From the NCBI GenBank assembly GCA_010093605.1, contig MU004181.1:2356001-2420000 (forward strand): a stretch of 64,000 bases of DNA. The letters run 5' to 3'. This document shows, piece by piece, positions 23,554 through 33,483 of the stretch; the first letter of the stretch is position 1; each line of letters starts with the position of its first letter. The notes under the pieces were generated by a model. It saw only the letters and a program-made list of their open reading frames with translations, ran no database searches and had not been told where the DNA came from. This DNA is from Lophium mytilinum. Its lineage: Eukaryota. Made by a program: the position numbers and the translations under genes.

Positions 23554-26241
23554 ATGGCGCAAGATAAGCCCTTTTGGGCACCTGAAGGAAGCGCAGCCTG
23601 GCAGGGCATCCGATATTCGACGAAGTTCGACAATCCAATTGATACTGGCTACGACCTAGCTACTGATTTTGTCAACCATCAAGAGCCATACGTGGCTATA
23701 ATCGGTCCGAAACCGATTAGAAGGCTTTTACAGCTCCAGGTAGAGGCTGGTTTCAAGCGTAGGCACAATGATGGAGGGCCGTATTGTGGCTTGCACTCTC
23801 TTGTATGGGGTCTGTGGCCCATCTATCAGAAATTCAGGAAGTCTCCTCCAGACTTCAATCGCCTAGTCAATCTTCACGCAATGATCACACAGGACTCTTC
23901 ACCTCTGAAAGAAAAGCTGACTCCATCACAGCTAATGAACACATTAGCGGTACTTAACAAAGAGGACTCGATGCGAATTGGCCTTGCTTACTGCATCAGA
24001 GGTCAGTTCGTATCTACAGCATCAATTGACAGCAAACCAATCGCATATTCTCTTGATTGGTGCTATGAAAGCATCGGAGATACCCTCGCTGATCCTCACG
24101 ATTACGTCTGGCTTATCGGCGATAAATTCGAAGACTTTTATGAAGTCTCAGGCTTTGGACCCGAGAAAACAGCTTTTCCTACTAGACGCCCCTCAGCATC
24201 GCCGTATACTGCGAACAGTACGCCTGCGCCCCAGAATCCTGGCCCTCCACGAACCAACCCTTCATCCCAGTATCCAACATCTCGGCCTGTTAGGTCGATC
24301 GATCCAGCACAATCAGCAGGTACTCCCAGTCCGCAAAACGGACATTCCACTAATCGCCAGGCTAGCAATACAAACGCGCCGATGAACACAACAGCCGCAC
24401 CTTTTGGAACAGCAAGTTCCAACCAAGTAGCAGCTGACGCCGGTCCCCAACACGCCCAACTCACCACCCAGCGGGCGAGTATCATAGATTCCCCGATGAC
24501 CGACAGCGACGAGCAGTCTGCAAGCACGACTTCTTTCGAAAACCTCAATGACTTTCACAGTCGCGCTGCAGATGACGATTTGGGCGATCCTATGGATTTG
24601 TGCGAAACATGGCCTGGCTATCAGCCTTTCCCAACAGTCCACCACGAAAGTTTCGAAGACTTACAAGTCCCGCTAATTGATGATGAGGACTACGAAGAAC
24701 CTGTGGAGTTCAAACGGGCAAGGTTGTCACGATCCACTATGGGTCCTGTGGAATGTGCACCAAAGGCAGATGTACTTCTACCTTGGAACGAAATGGGTGA
24801 TATCACGCTAGCAGAGTTCTTGGTTTACTTCCCTAATCACGCGCTTTGCTGGCCCCGATTCGCGGCCCTCATCCGCGAAACCGGTTGGCAGCATATGTTC
24901 AGTAGGATTACAACACTCATTAACGTATCGCGACTCGGTCCCTCTAGATTTAGAAACCCAACCCTTGCTACAAGGTTCATATACCAGACTACCTGTGAGG
25001 AGCTTATGGAAGTAGCGATCAAGCAGCACAAGAACGATCCAAGGTACTCCATTGTTCAGCGCCATAACTCTGTGGGACATACCTATATCTTGGAGGACGG
25101 CGATTTCTCCGAGTTTAACGAACTGAAGTATATTCCTCAAGCCTGGCACCACGAACCACGTTTTGTGGAGGGTCTAGCCACCATTCCTCTTAGTGAAGCT
25201 GGCAATTGGGTCGAATACCATCCCTTCCCTGGCCGCGTTTTCACACAGCGGGTACTTCATGCGATGAACCCGCAGTTACATCCCAAGGCTCCGTTTGCGC
25301 CTCCAGACGACAATCCACCTCCTGCTTTGGTCGCTACTATGATAGAGGAGCACAAGCAAATTCGGCCCAAAAATTCATTGAAGAGCAAATGGAGGCCCAG
25401 TTACCCTCCTCAAGACGATCCAACTATGACATTGGACACATTAAAGCGTAATTATCCACTCGATATTGAAGGGGAAGCCTACCTGTGGGTCCTCCTCACT
25501 CATACTAATCAGCAGATCATTAGAGAAAACTTTGTACCGGCCCATATCTTCCAGAGATGGGGCGGAGATAGACATGGCGGGATGGAAAGGGGGCTAGGTG
25601 ACCTCAGAAACAGATTCGTGAAAGCCATCCGAGAAAGGGCTAAGAATCGGGGCAGTACCTTCCAAATCCAGAGACGCGACTATCTTGATGAGGTCAACGA
25701 GCATAAAAGCAGGCCCGAACCAATTGACGATAATGACCGAGACTTCCCTAAAGATGATCCTGACGAAAAGAAGCCGAAAACTCATGAAGGCGGAAACCCA
25801 CCTCCAGCACAGGGTGCCCAAGGAAACCCATCCAGACAAAACCCCCGGCAAAACCACCGAGAGGGCGGCGAAGCGCGACCGAGCGCCGCACCAGCTGCCC
25901 CAGGTGGTGCTACCCCGCACAGTACGACCCAACCCAGTGGCAGGGGCGCCAGATCAGGAAGCAGTGAAGGAGCAGGCCGAGGGCGAGGCCAACCCAGCTC
26001 GAGAGGGCCTAGGGGAGGCGGTGATAGTAGAGGAGGAGGCGGTTATGGGGGAAGAGGAGATGCTAATGGTGGAAGAGGAGGCGGCCATGGGGGAAGAGGA
26101 GACAGTAATAGTGGAAGAGGAGGCGGCCATGGGGGAAGAGGAGACAGTGGTGGTGGAAGAGGAGGCGGTCATGGTGGAAGAGATAGAGGGAGGGGTAGGG
26201 GAAGGGGCTACGTGGGTAGAGGACGTAGAGGGAACACCTAG
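23554..26241 (+). CDS. Uncharacterised 895-aa protein; N-terminal YCGLHSL motif, C-terminal RGG repeats
   Basis: Long intronless ORF with A-rich start context; function not recognisable. Confidence 0.8.
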   Translation: MAQDKPFWAPEGSAAWQGIRYSTKFDNPIDTGYDLATDFVNHQEPYVAIIGPKPIRRLLQLQVEAGFKRRHNDGGPYCGLHSLVWGLWPIYQKFRKSPPDFNRLVNLHAMITQDSSPLKEKLTPSQLMNTLAVLNKEDSMRIGLAYCIRGQFVSTASIDSKPIAYSLDWCYESIGDTLADPHDYVWLIGDKFEDFYEVSGFGPEKTAFPTRRPSASPYTANSTPAPQNPGPPRTNPSSQYPTSRPVRSIDPAQSAGTPSPQNGHSTNRQASNTNAPMNTTAAPFGTASSNQVAADAGPQHAQLTTQRASIIDSPMTDSDEQSASTTSFENLNDFHSRAADDDLGDPMDLCETWPGYQPFPTVHHESFEDLQVPLIDDEDYEEPVEFKRARLSRSTMGPVECAPKADVLLPWNEMGDITLAEFLVYFPNHALCWPRFAALIRETGWQHMFSRITTLINVSRLGPSRFRNPTLATRFIYQTTCEELMEVAIKQHKNDPRYSIVQRHNSVGHTYILEDGDFSEFNELKYIPQAWHHEPRFVEGLATIPLSEAGNWVEYHPFPGRVFTQRVLHAMNPQLHPKAPFAPPDDNPPPALVATMIEEHKQIRPKNSLKSKWRPSYPPQDDPTMTLDTLKRNYPLDIEGEAYLWVLLTHTNQQIIRENFVPAHIFQRWGGDRHGGMERGLGDLRNRFVKAIRERAKNRGSTFQIQRRDYLDEVNEHKSRPEPIDDNDRDFPKDDPDEKKPKTHEGGNPPPAQGAQGNPSRQNPRQNHREGGEARPSAAPAAPGGATPHSTTQPSGRGARSGSSEGAGRGRGQPSSRGPRGGGDSRGGGGYGGRGDANGGRGGGHGGRGDSNSGRGGGHGGRGDSGGGRGGGHGGRDRGRGRGRGYVGRGRRGNT
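26029..26181 (+). repeat. 42-nt coding tandem repeat (GGRGDxxGGRGGGH) about 3.5 copies
   Basis: Repeated GGGGGAAGAGGAGA...GTGGAAGAGGAGGCGGCCAT units in the C-terminus of the 895-aa ORF. Confidence 0.85.
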
Positions 26242-26985
26242 GGGTTCCAGAAGTGGTCGACATAATGTAGGGGCTCCGCCAAATTGAAGAAACTCTAAGC
26301 TTACTTTCAATACCTCTTGAATTCGATATAAAACTCCAACTGATAAGCTCTTCGGTCCCGTACCTTGAACTGTGCTATATATGGCTAATCGAGGTGTAGG
26401 AGTGCCGGAGCTCTACTCCCAGCAAAAGCCTTGTAAGAGCGCGCACGAGAAGCTATCTTTATTAGCAATGCCTGTAGTCAATGGACAAATGCTTCGATTG
26501 CCCACGCGTAATTTTGCTCGTCGAACAAACTGCAATCAGTGTTTGTATCGTTGTTGAAGTTTCGAAGTCTCGAGGTCTATAACCTTCACTGTACCTTAGG
26601 AGATCACACCTCGCCCCTTTAGTATGGTACCGGTTCATGTAAGTATCGCGACAGTTTACGAGGAAATTCACGCCTCTAGCATTCACAATTGATCACTAGA
26701 AAGCACGACGCTGAACAACAGCACATCAATTTCTCACACCGGGGTGCATTCTACAGTCTGGGGAATTTCATTCACAGCAGAGCTCGCCTTTAGGGGTGCC
26801 AAAGAACAGGTATAAAGCCTCGACTCTCATTCTTGCAGAAACTAACTCCAGCACTTCTTCTTTCAACCAACCACACCACCACTAATCGACACTCGGAACG
26901 CTGGTGCACCATACTTTACCGGGTCTACCAAAAGTGCCTCAACTTCTCTCACTACCACCTACACTAAGTGGATCGTATTGTAACA

Positions 26986-27888
26986 ATGGCAGCGAATAAG
27001 GTTACCAAGTCCAAGGTTGCGAAGAAGACTTCCCAGTACAAGGCTGCGAAGTCCCCCGCGAGGAAGGCTGCCACGGGCAGAGTGTCCAGCCTACCATCAA
27101 GAGAACCCACTCGCCGCAATGATATCCGCCGGTGTCGCATTATGAACACCCCCTTCAACTTCAAAGGCCTGCCTGCGGAGATCCGCAATATGGTGTACGG
27201 CCATGTCCTTGAAGAATGCGACCACATGACAACGAGCAAGAAACAAATCAGGAGGATCACAAACACCAACATCCTGATGGTGAACAAGCAACTCCATCAT
27301 GAGGCTGCAGATGTGTTCGCTAAAGGTTCCGTTGTTACTATCCGGCCCTTCAACCGCCCAGAAGGTGTGACGCCAGTCTCAAAAACTGAAGAGAATGCAC
27401 TTCGAACCTTCTTGAAAGTAGAGTTCAAGCAATTGGACTTTGGAACATATGGACGTTACGGGTATCACGGGGATTACGGGTACTACTGCTCCAAAGACCA
27501 TGTTGTCTTGCGAATGGGCATGCTTGCGGGCCTCAAGGAACGACTCACGGTTTTCGTAGACGGATCTACTGTCATGGAACCGCACTGCAAGCGATATGCT
27601 ATAGTCGACGTCTCGGACCTCTTCTGGGTGAGCGATAGCGCCGAATTGGAGCGGCGGAAGGACGTCTTGGAGCAATGGTTGGAGTGTCTGCGGATCATGC
27701 GATCGGATACCCACACTCAGTGGAAAGTCATCACTTCTGCGCCAACCACTCGACTTTGCTCCTGGGCTAATTCGCAGAGTCAACTTCAACCTTCACCAAC
27801 CTTTGATTACTACTGGTCTCACCTTGCGGAATGGAATGCGGTCGAAACAGCCTACAACGAGGGGGGTTTCACGATTGTGAGGGTTTAA
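26986..27888 (+). CDS. Uncharacterised protein with F-box-like/2EXR-like motif and basic N-terminus
   Basis: PFNFKGLPAEIRNMVYGHVL...ILMVNKQLHHEAADVF; TATAAA at 26811; ATG in ACAATGG context. Confidence 0.78.
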   Translation: MAANKVTKSKVAKKTSQYKAAKSPARKAATGRVSSLPSREPTRRNDIRRCRIMNTPFNFKGLPAEIRNMVYGHVLEECDHMTTSKKQIRRITNTNILMVNKQLHHEAADVFAKGSVVTIRPFNRPEGVTPVSKTEENALRTFLKVEFKQLDFGTYGRYGYHGDYGYYCSKDHVVLRMGMLAGLKERLTVFVDGSTVMEPHCKRYAIVDVSDLFWVSDSAELERRKDVLEQWLECLRIMRSDTHTQWKVITSAPTTRLCSWANSQSQLQPSPTFDYYWSHLAEWNAVETAYNEGGFTIVRV

Positions 27889-28412
27889 GTTAGGGTAAGG
27901 GTTCATTTGGAAGTCTCGAACGCAAACGGGCTTGCAATATTACCGATTTGACGGATGATAGCCTTCATGATGGCTCTAGAATGGTTTCTATTTCCTCTGG
28001 CGTTTGGAGTTTGTTTGATTTCAGATTGAGGAAATGTTGGGGCTGCTGACATGGCCAAGAGGAGACGGCCTTTCTCTATGGTAATACTCTATACTTTTGA
28101 CCTTCAATATCTTGGTCAAGAACTTCACCTGGTGAGAATATTGATCAGATTATCATGATGCGGATTGAGTATTTGGGCTGCACTCATATGATAGTGAGGT
28201 TTGCCTCAGGGTATTTTTGTGAAAGTTTCAGTGTCTTCCATTCACCGCTATGCGCCATGCTGCTAATTCTAGGTCTTCCCAGGCCTTTATATATTGCCTT
28301 TATATATTTAGTTCTATCGAGTCACCAGCTACTTCATCCAACCCCCAGCCACACACCCACCAACCCTCACTCCTCTCGAATTTCCGACCCCCAGCATCAT
28401 CACTCCATCAAC

Positions 28413-29036
28413 ATGGCCTCCACTACCTCGCGCTCCCTACACTCGCAACCTGCATCAAAGCGTAGCCGTATCTCCATTGTTGTTGGGCCGATCTACGTCG
28501 AAGCCGGTGGTGCTCGATCCCCGCCAAACGCTCACATCGGCCGCCAGGGGCCCATTGGGGGATCGGGATCTCTTCGTCGAGTCGGCGCAATCCCTACTAC
28601 ACCATTCCGCAAAGTTTCCGGTATGGCCAAGGACTCTATGAAAGGTCTCCGTGCGCTCGGTCAAGACATGCACTCAGCTATGCAGGCCACTAAAAATGGC
28701 AATGGCAAGAAACCGCAAAAGACTTACAAGGTTCGCGCGGGTCCAAAGTATACGCATCTCCCGATGGTTTGCAACGGTGGAGCAGGTACGTATACATATA
28801 TCTTTCTACTGCGGCATATTTAACGTTCGATTAGCCATCACTCCCGCCCTGCTGGACTTCAGGAGCAGTGGCGATATCACGAAGGAGCTTCCGGCTTCCC
28901 GCAATGGCGGTACAGGTATGTCATGACGAGCTATCTCAATTGATGGTAGCATACATACTTATGACACGCAGAATTCGATTCCTCCGACGAGGAATGGGAC
29001 AAGTGCTCCGAGGACAGCGATTGGGACCGCGTCTAG
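28413..29036 (+). CDS. Small orphan protein, 3 exons
   Basis: ATG in CAACATGG context after TATA-like 28301; donors GTACGT (~28786) and GTATGT (~28916) with TAG/CAG acceptors give an open frame ending EEWDKCSEDSDWDRV-TAG. Confidence 0.6.
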
Positions 29037-29755
29037 ACGATGGGACGACGGTGGTGATGCCACTGGGTCCCCGAATGCATTGTATAATGCATTGTCAGAT
29101 ATGTTAGTACAGTACATGCAAACTCCTTGGATTAGGCCACGGGTCTGATCTTGTTCTTCGGTCTTCGTTAGGGTTGATGATTGGTTAAATGGGCTCCTTC
29201 TTACTCAAACTATCCACGATTAGCACGGCTTGAAAGTCGCTACAGAACTGGAGTTTCTTATCGTGTATTCATAAGTCGAATCCCCTTTCCATCATCTGCC
29301 GGGCTGATGTCCGTATGCCGCTTGCCTAAAAGTCCGTCTGCTAGCAGTCTCTCACATTGCAACCCATTCGCCATGATACCAGACGCTCGTTTCCGAAGGA
29401 CACCATAAACCCCCTAGACTCTGCTGCTGATACTAGCCAACATTCACACCCCCCATTGCGAAAGTGTCTCAGAGTCAGCCCCTTTCACAATGCTCAATGT
29501 ACACTCCACACGACCGTCATAACCGCTTTTACCTTGCCCCGGCGGTGACTGAAGGATACAAATCACTATAAAGATGATGCACAATGACTTCTAGACAGTT
29601 ATATAGATACCCTCAACCTTCATTCCGTATGAAGCATCATTCCCGAGTTTCTGAACGTGCCCACCACCAACACCGCCACCACACGTTCAGGCTCAACTCT
29701 CAGCTTCCGAAATCCATACGCCGCCGCCACCACCGCTCCCAGCCCTTACGTCAAG

Positions 29756-30184
29756 ATGGCATTCTTCTCTCTGCTCCCAAGCAGACGCGAGAAGCTGGGG
29801 CTGAAGCGAATCCCTGAATCAGAACCAAAGGTGCCCAAGCATTCCTGCTCCAATTCGCCCCGCAAGTCTTTAGGCGGCTATGTTCAAGGAACTAATATCT
29901 CGATTGGAGACGCGACGGCACATCGAATCGGCACCGCTAAGTATCTTACGAGCGTGGCCGAATACGCTGTGGACTCGTCCTACAGCAGTGTCAAGAGCTT
30001 GACCGCGGTGATAATACCACGCGCGGTGACCAGCATCCCGTTTAGGGGATTTCTGGGTTCGGGTGGTCATGCTGGTACGTCAGATGGCACTTCCAACTCT
30101 GCTTCGGCTATTCATGAAGAGCTAGAGCAGTTTGATACGACGGAGTCTGAAGAGGATGACTTCATCCTCATCACTAAGGCTTAA
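29756..30184 (+). CDS. Small orphan protein (142 aa) with acidic C-terminus
   Basis: ATG in CAAGATGG context, TATA-like near 29600; ends ESEEDDFILITKA. Confidence 0.55.
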   Translation: MAFFSLLPSRREKLGLKRIPESEPKVPKHSCSNSPRKSLGGYVQGTNISIGDATAHRIGTAKYLTSVAEYAVDSSYSSVKSLTAVIIPRAVTSIPFRGFLGSGGHAGTSDGTSNSASAIHEELEQFDTTESEEDDFILITKA

Positions 30185-30619
30185 CGTTGGGAATTTTGGC
30201 GATCATCCTTTGAGTTTGACAGTTCTGACGCATCGCGTGGGCTTTTCGGAGTTCCTTGAATCTATTTTTGGGCATCTCCAGCTTGCAATTGCAACCTGCC
30301 CTATATCGCGATAGATTAGCGGCTTTGGATTTAGTAGTGAAAATGTCATCTACTTCTTGAAGAGCGGCGACCTAATCTCCCATTAGATCTTTGGAAACAT
30401 CGAAGATTCACTGAACCATCCTATTTACCTCTCTAAAGAGAAGCCAATATGAACTTAACCCACTTACCCCTAACATAACTCTCGTTGCGTGACACCCATT
30501 CTTATACCAATACCACCGTGCCACTCCCCTACCCACAACCACCACAAGTGCCACTTCTCTAAAAGCATAAGCAACAATACCCCTCACCCACTCAATCGCC
30601 TCCCTAAAAACTCCACTAG

Positions 30620-31186
30620 ATGGTCCTCCACCTCACGCGCTCTCACCGAGCCCGCTCCGTCGACTCCGTGGACCCAAAAGCACGTTCGTACCATCCCCCA
30701 CTCCGCGACCCTAACGCGCCCACTCCAGAAACCCAGCCCTTCCCATCCGTCCTCGACCTCCCAGCCAGCGCCGTAGACTTCAAATCCCAGGAACCAATCT
30801 CAGTGGCCCCTCCAACAGCGCAGTCGACGAATGCGTCCAGCATCGGCGCCTTCACGTGGGCGGAGATGGCCAACAAGCTGAACGAGCGGCTCGAAGCAAG
30901 CGGCTCGGTCGATTACGATGCTCTCTTTGCGGAAATTGATCACGATTGTGTTCAGGAGCTCGAGGTCGGCGAAGGCAATCCACTGACGGCGGAGAATTTG
31001 GCGCGGTTGCAGGCTGCTTATGCGTCTGAAAAGGCTTTGGAGAAGCAGAAGCAGAAGCAGGCGAAGGGAGGTAGGAAGACGGTGGCGCTCTGCGGACCGC
31101 CGAGGACGCTTTCGCTGCGTAGTGTCCCGGGGACGCGGGAGGGGGAGGAGCGGGAGACGTGCTCGCGTCCTAGCACGGGGTCGTAG
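30620..31186 (+). CDS. Small orphan protein (188 aa)
   Basis: ATG-started ORF after a C/A-rich 5' UTR-like tract; GC-biased third positions like other genes in the window. Confidence 0.6.
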   Translation: MVLHLTRSHRARSVDSVDPKARSYHPPLRDPNAPTPETQPFPSVLDLPASAVDFKSQEPISVAPPTAQSTNASSIGAFTWAEMANKLNERLEASGSVDYDALFAEIDHDCVQELEVGEGNPLTAENLARLQAAYASEKALEKQKQKQAKGGRKTVALCGPPRTLSLRSVPGTREGEERETCSRPSTGS

Positions 31187-31553
31187 ATGCGGTGAATGTT
31201 GTTTGGGTGAATGTTCGGAGGCTAAATGGCTTCCAGGTAGGATGGTTGCATGAGCCCGTGGCCCAGAGAGAGTAGGCGTGGTGTACTTGTATACCAATTG
31301 GTACATATTAGGGCAGATAAGACTCTTCTTCCTAGGTAAATAGAGGAACGAAATTTTAGAAAACTAACGCACTGCGTCTTGAAAGTCTATAGTAGATGTT
31401 TCCGAGTGTAGGGCTTGCAAAAAAGATCAAAAGAGCAAAACGCCACCTTCCCCGATGGAAGGTGTAGAAAACCCTACGCGGGTTATTCTCCGTAGCCCGG
31501 TTCACATGCTCACGTGTCAGTCGACGCTTATTGCATGTACCGTAAAGGCTAAT

Positions 31554-31660
31554 TCTCGAGGTGGGATTCGAACCCAGGGGTCCTCGAGTTGGCGACGTCG
31601 GCCGGTTCGGTTGGACGACTCGACTCGGAGGGGGAGGAGAACCAACTGAGCAAACCTAGT
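31554..31660 (-). ncRNA. tRNA-like RNA polymerase III element (A box + B box), not a canonical cloverleaf
   Basis: Minus strand: TTGCTCAGTTGGT (A-box-like, 31653-31641) and GGTTCGAATCC (perfect B box, 31574-31564) in a TGGG/CCCA T-arm; D-stem and standard acceptor stem do not close. Confidence 0.55.
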
Positions 31661-32321
31661 TGTTAGTGATTAGTGGCCGAAATTAACTCAATCATGTACC
31701 CTGATTCATAGCGTCACCTGTTACGCTGTTGAAAATAGCGCGAGAGGAAACGTGCTGACCGTCCACTTCATCATCATTAGCAAAAGACGGCAATGAGCTA
31801 TCCGCGTGTGACTGAGAGTGTACGCAATTAAGCAACAGCGGCATGGAAATGCATTCTCTATGCCTTCGATCATACTTGTCTTCTTAGACACCTTCGATTG
31901 GCATTGCAGCGAAGGGTTTAGTCCGGGACACGACGTCATGTCGAACTACCAGGACATGTTTCTGGAGGCACATGGCGACCACATGAGAACTCACTAGGAG
32001 CTACTCCAAAACATTCACCACAGCTCGAAAAGCCCGTTCCTACCCGCGGAAGTGCGTCCGTCATAGGGTTCCGGGCGGCGTTGTGAGTTCACCTGACAAC
32101 TTTATGTAAGCACGTTGCCAACTCACTGCAGACTGAAGGATACACTTATGCTCTTACATTGTAGTGAATGCCAAAGACTCACCGGATGCATATAAAGCCC
32201 TCCACTTCTCATCTTCGGAGCATATCAACACCCACCTTGACACCGCTACCCACACTCACCAGCAGAACCACCAACATCCCAACTCAACCACAAAAACCTT
32301 TCTCAGCACCAAAGCCAGAAG

Positions 32322-33179
32322 ATGCCACCATCATCGGCCCTCGACACGGCCATGTCGATCTCAACGTACGACCGCGGCCAGTTACGGCACGGCCCACGCC
32401 TAGACATCCTGACCGCCGAAGGCCAGATAGTTTTGCAAGGACTGAGCGCGAACCTGGTCACGCATTACTCTCCTACTGTACGTCAGCACATGAAGACGGT
32501 GGAAAACGAGAAGGGTCAACCGAAACATACTTTCTATCTCCGACAGGGCGCGGCAGAACTTCAAGGATTGAAGCAAGTCATCGACTGGATGGTGCTAAGC
32601 ATGACAACTACTCCAACAGCAATCAAAGCGCCGAAAGACCTCGTCAGCGCCATATTCTTGGCTCGAGCACTCTTCGCTCTCGGAATGCGAGTCGATGCAA
32701 TCAATGTCAACCGCTTTGTCGAAGACAAACTCCGAAAGAACCTGCACCCGATGCATGTTAAAGAACTCTGGGAGCAGGTTCCGCGCGATACGAAGTACGT
32801 GCATATGCTCGTCGAGAATCTTGTTCGCTTTGGCCGAGAGGACAAGCTTTGCAAGGAGACGATCATCTATATCCGATCCCATAACGAGCTATTCGACCGC
32901 TTAAAGAACCCGGAACTGAACGATAGCGAACTCGGCAAGAAAGAGACGCCTCAAGAATTCCGCGCTCGGAAGGATGCACTCGAGGGAAAGGGAAAAGAAA
33001 ACAACGGTGGTCGGATCCAGGCACAGAAGGCCCGAGTGGCTCGCGACAAGAGGGCGAAGGCCGAGAAGGCTGAGGCTGAGAGCTTCGAGAATGACCCGAA
33101 GAACCACGCAGGCGGTGCTTGGGAGAAAGAGCTCCTACCTGGTCAACAGACCCGTTCCGGATTCCAATATCGAGGATAG
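32322..33179 (+). CDS. Uncharacterised protein, possibly divergent BTB/POZ-like domain
   Basis: 285-aa intronless ORF, TATAAA at 32191; GPRLDI..VLQGLSANLVTHYSP and LKQVIDWM pattern resembles degenerate fungal BTB domains (weak). Confidence 0.7.
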   Translation: MPPSSALDTAMSISTYDRGQLRHGPRLDILTAEGQIVLQGLSANLVTHYSPTVRQHMKTVENEKGQPKHTFYLRQGAAELQGLKQVIDWMVLSMTTTPTAIKAPKDLVSAIFLARALFALGMRVDAINVNRFVEDKLRKNLHPMHVKELWEQVPRDTKYVHMLVENLVRFGREDKLCKETIIYIRSHNELFDRLKNPELNDSELGKKETPQEFRARKDALEGKGKENNGGRIQAQKARVARDKRAKAEKAEAESFENDPKNHAGGAWEKELLPGQQTRSGFQYRG

Positions 33180-33483
33180 GCAACCGATTTTCGACACCTG
33201 ATCATGGACAGTTAGCGCACGTTCGCGACCGTCTGGAATAGCTCACGAGCCTGTGTACGACCACATGAGCTGATACTCTAGAGCAGTAGACATTCTACTT
33301 CTCACACACAATGAAATCATCCTCTAACATTACTTTCCAATCGACCGACGTGATTCGCGAGCTTAAAGAGAACCATGTGACTGACCTCTGTATTCTCCGT
33401 GATGCCGTTCGATTTGCCATCAATGCAATATGTGTTGCTGCGGGCGTCTAGGATGGTTCGTATGAAAGCAAACTCCAACCCCG

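Noticed and set aside
26239..26287. Readthrough or A-to-I correction of the TAG ending the 895-aa ORF
   Set aside because: Another in-frame stop follows within a few codons, so no domain would be gained.
31554..31660. Call as a standard tRNA gene
   Set aside because: D-stem and 5'/3' acceptor stem do not pair and no anticodon can be assigned; kept only as tRNA-like.
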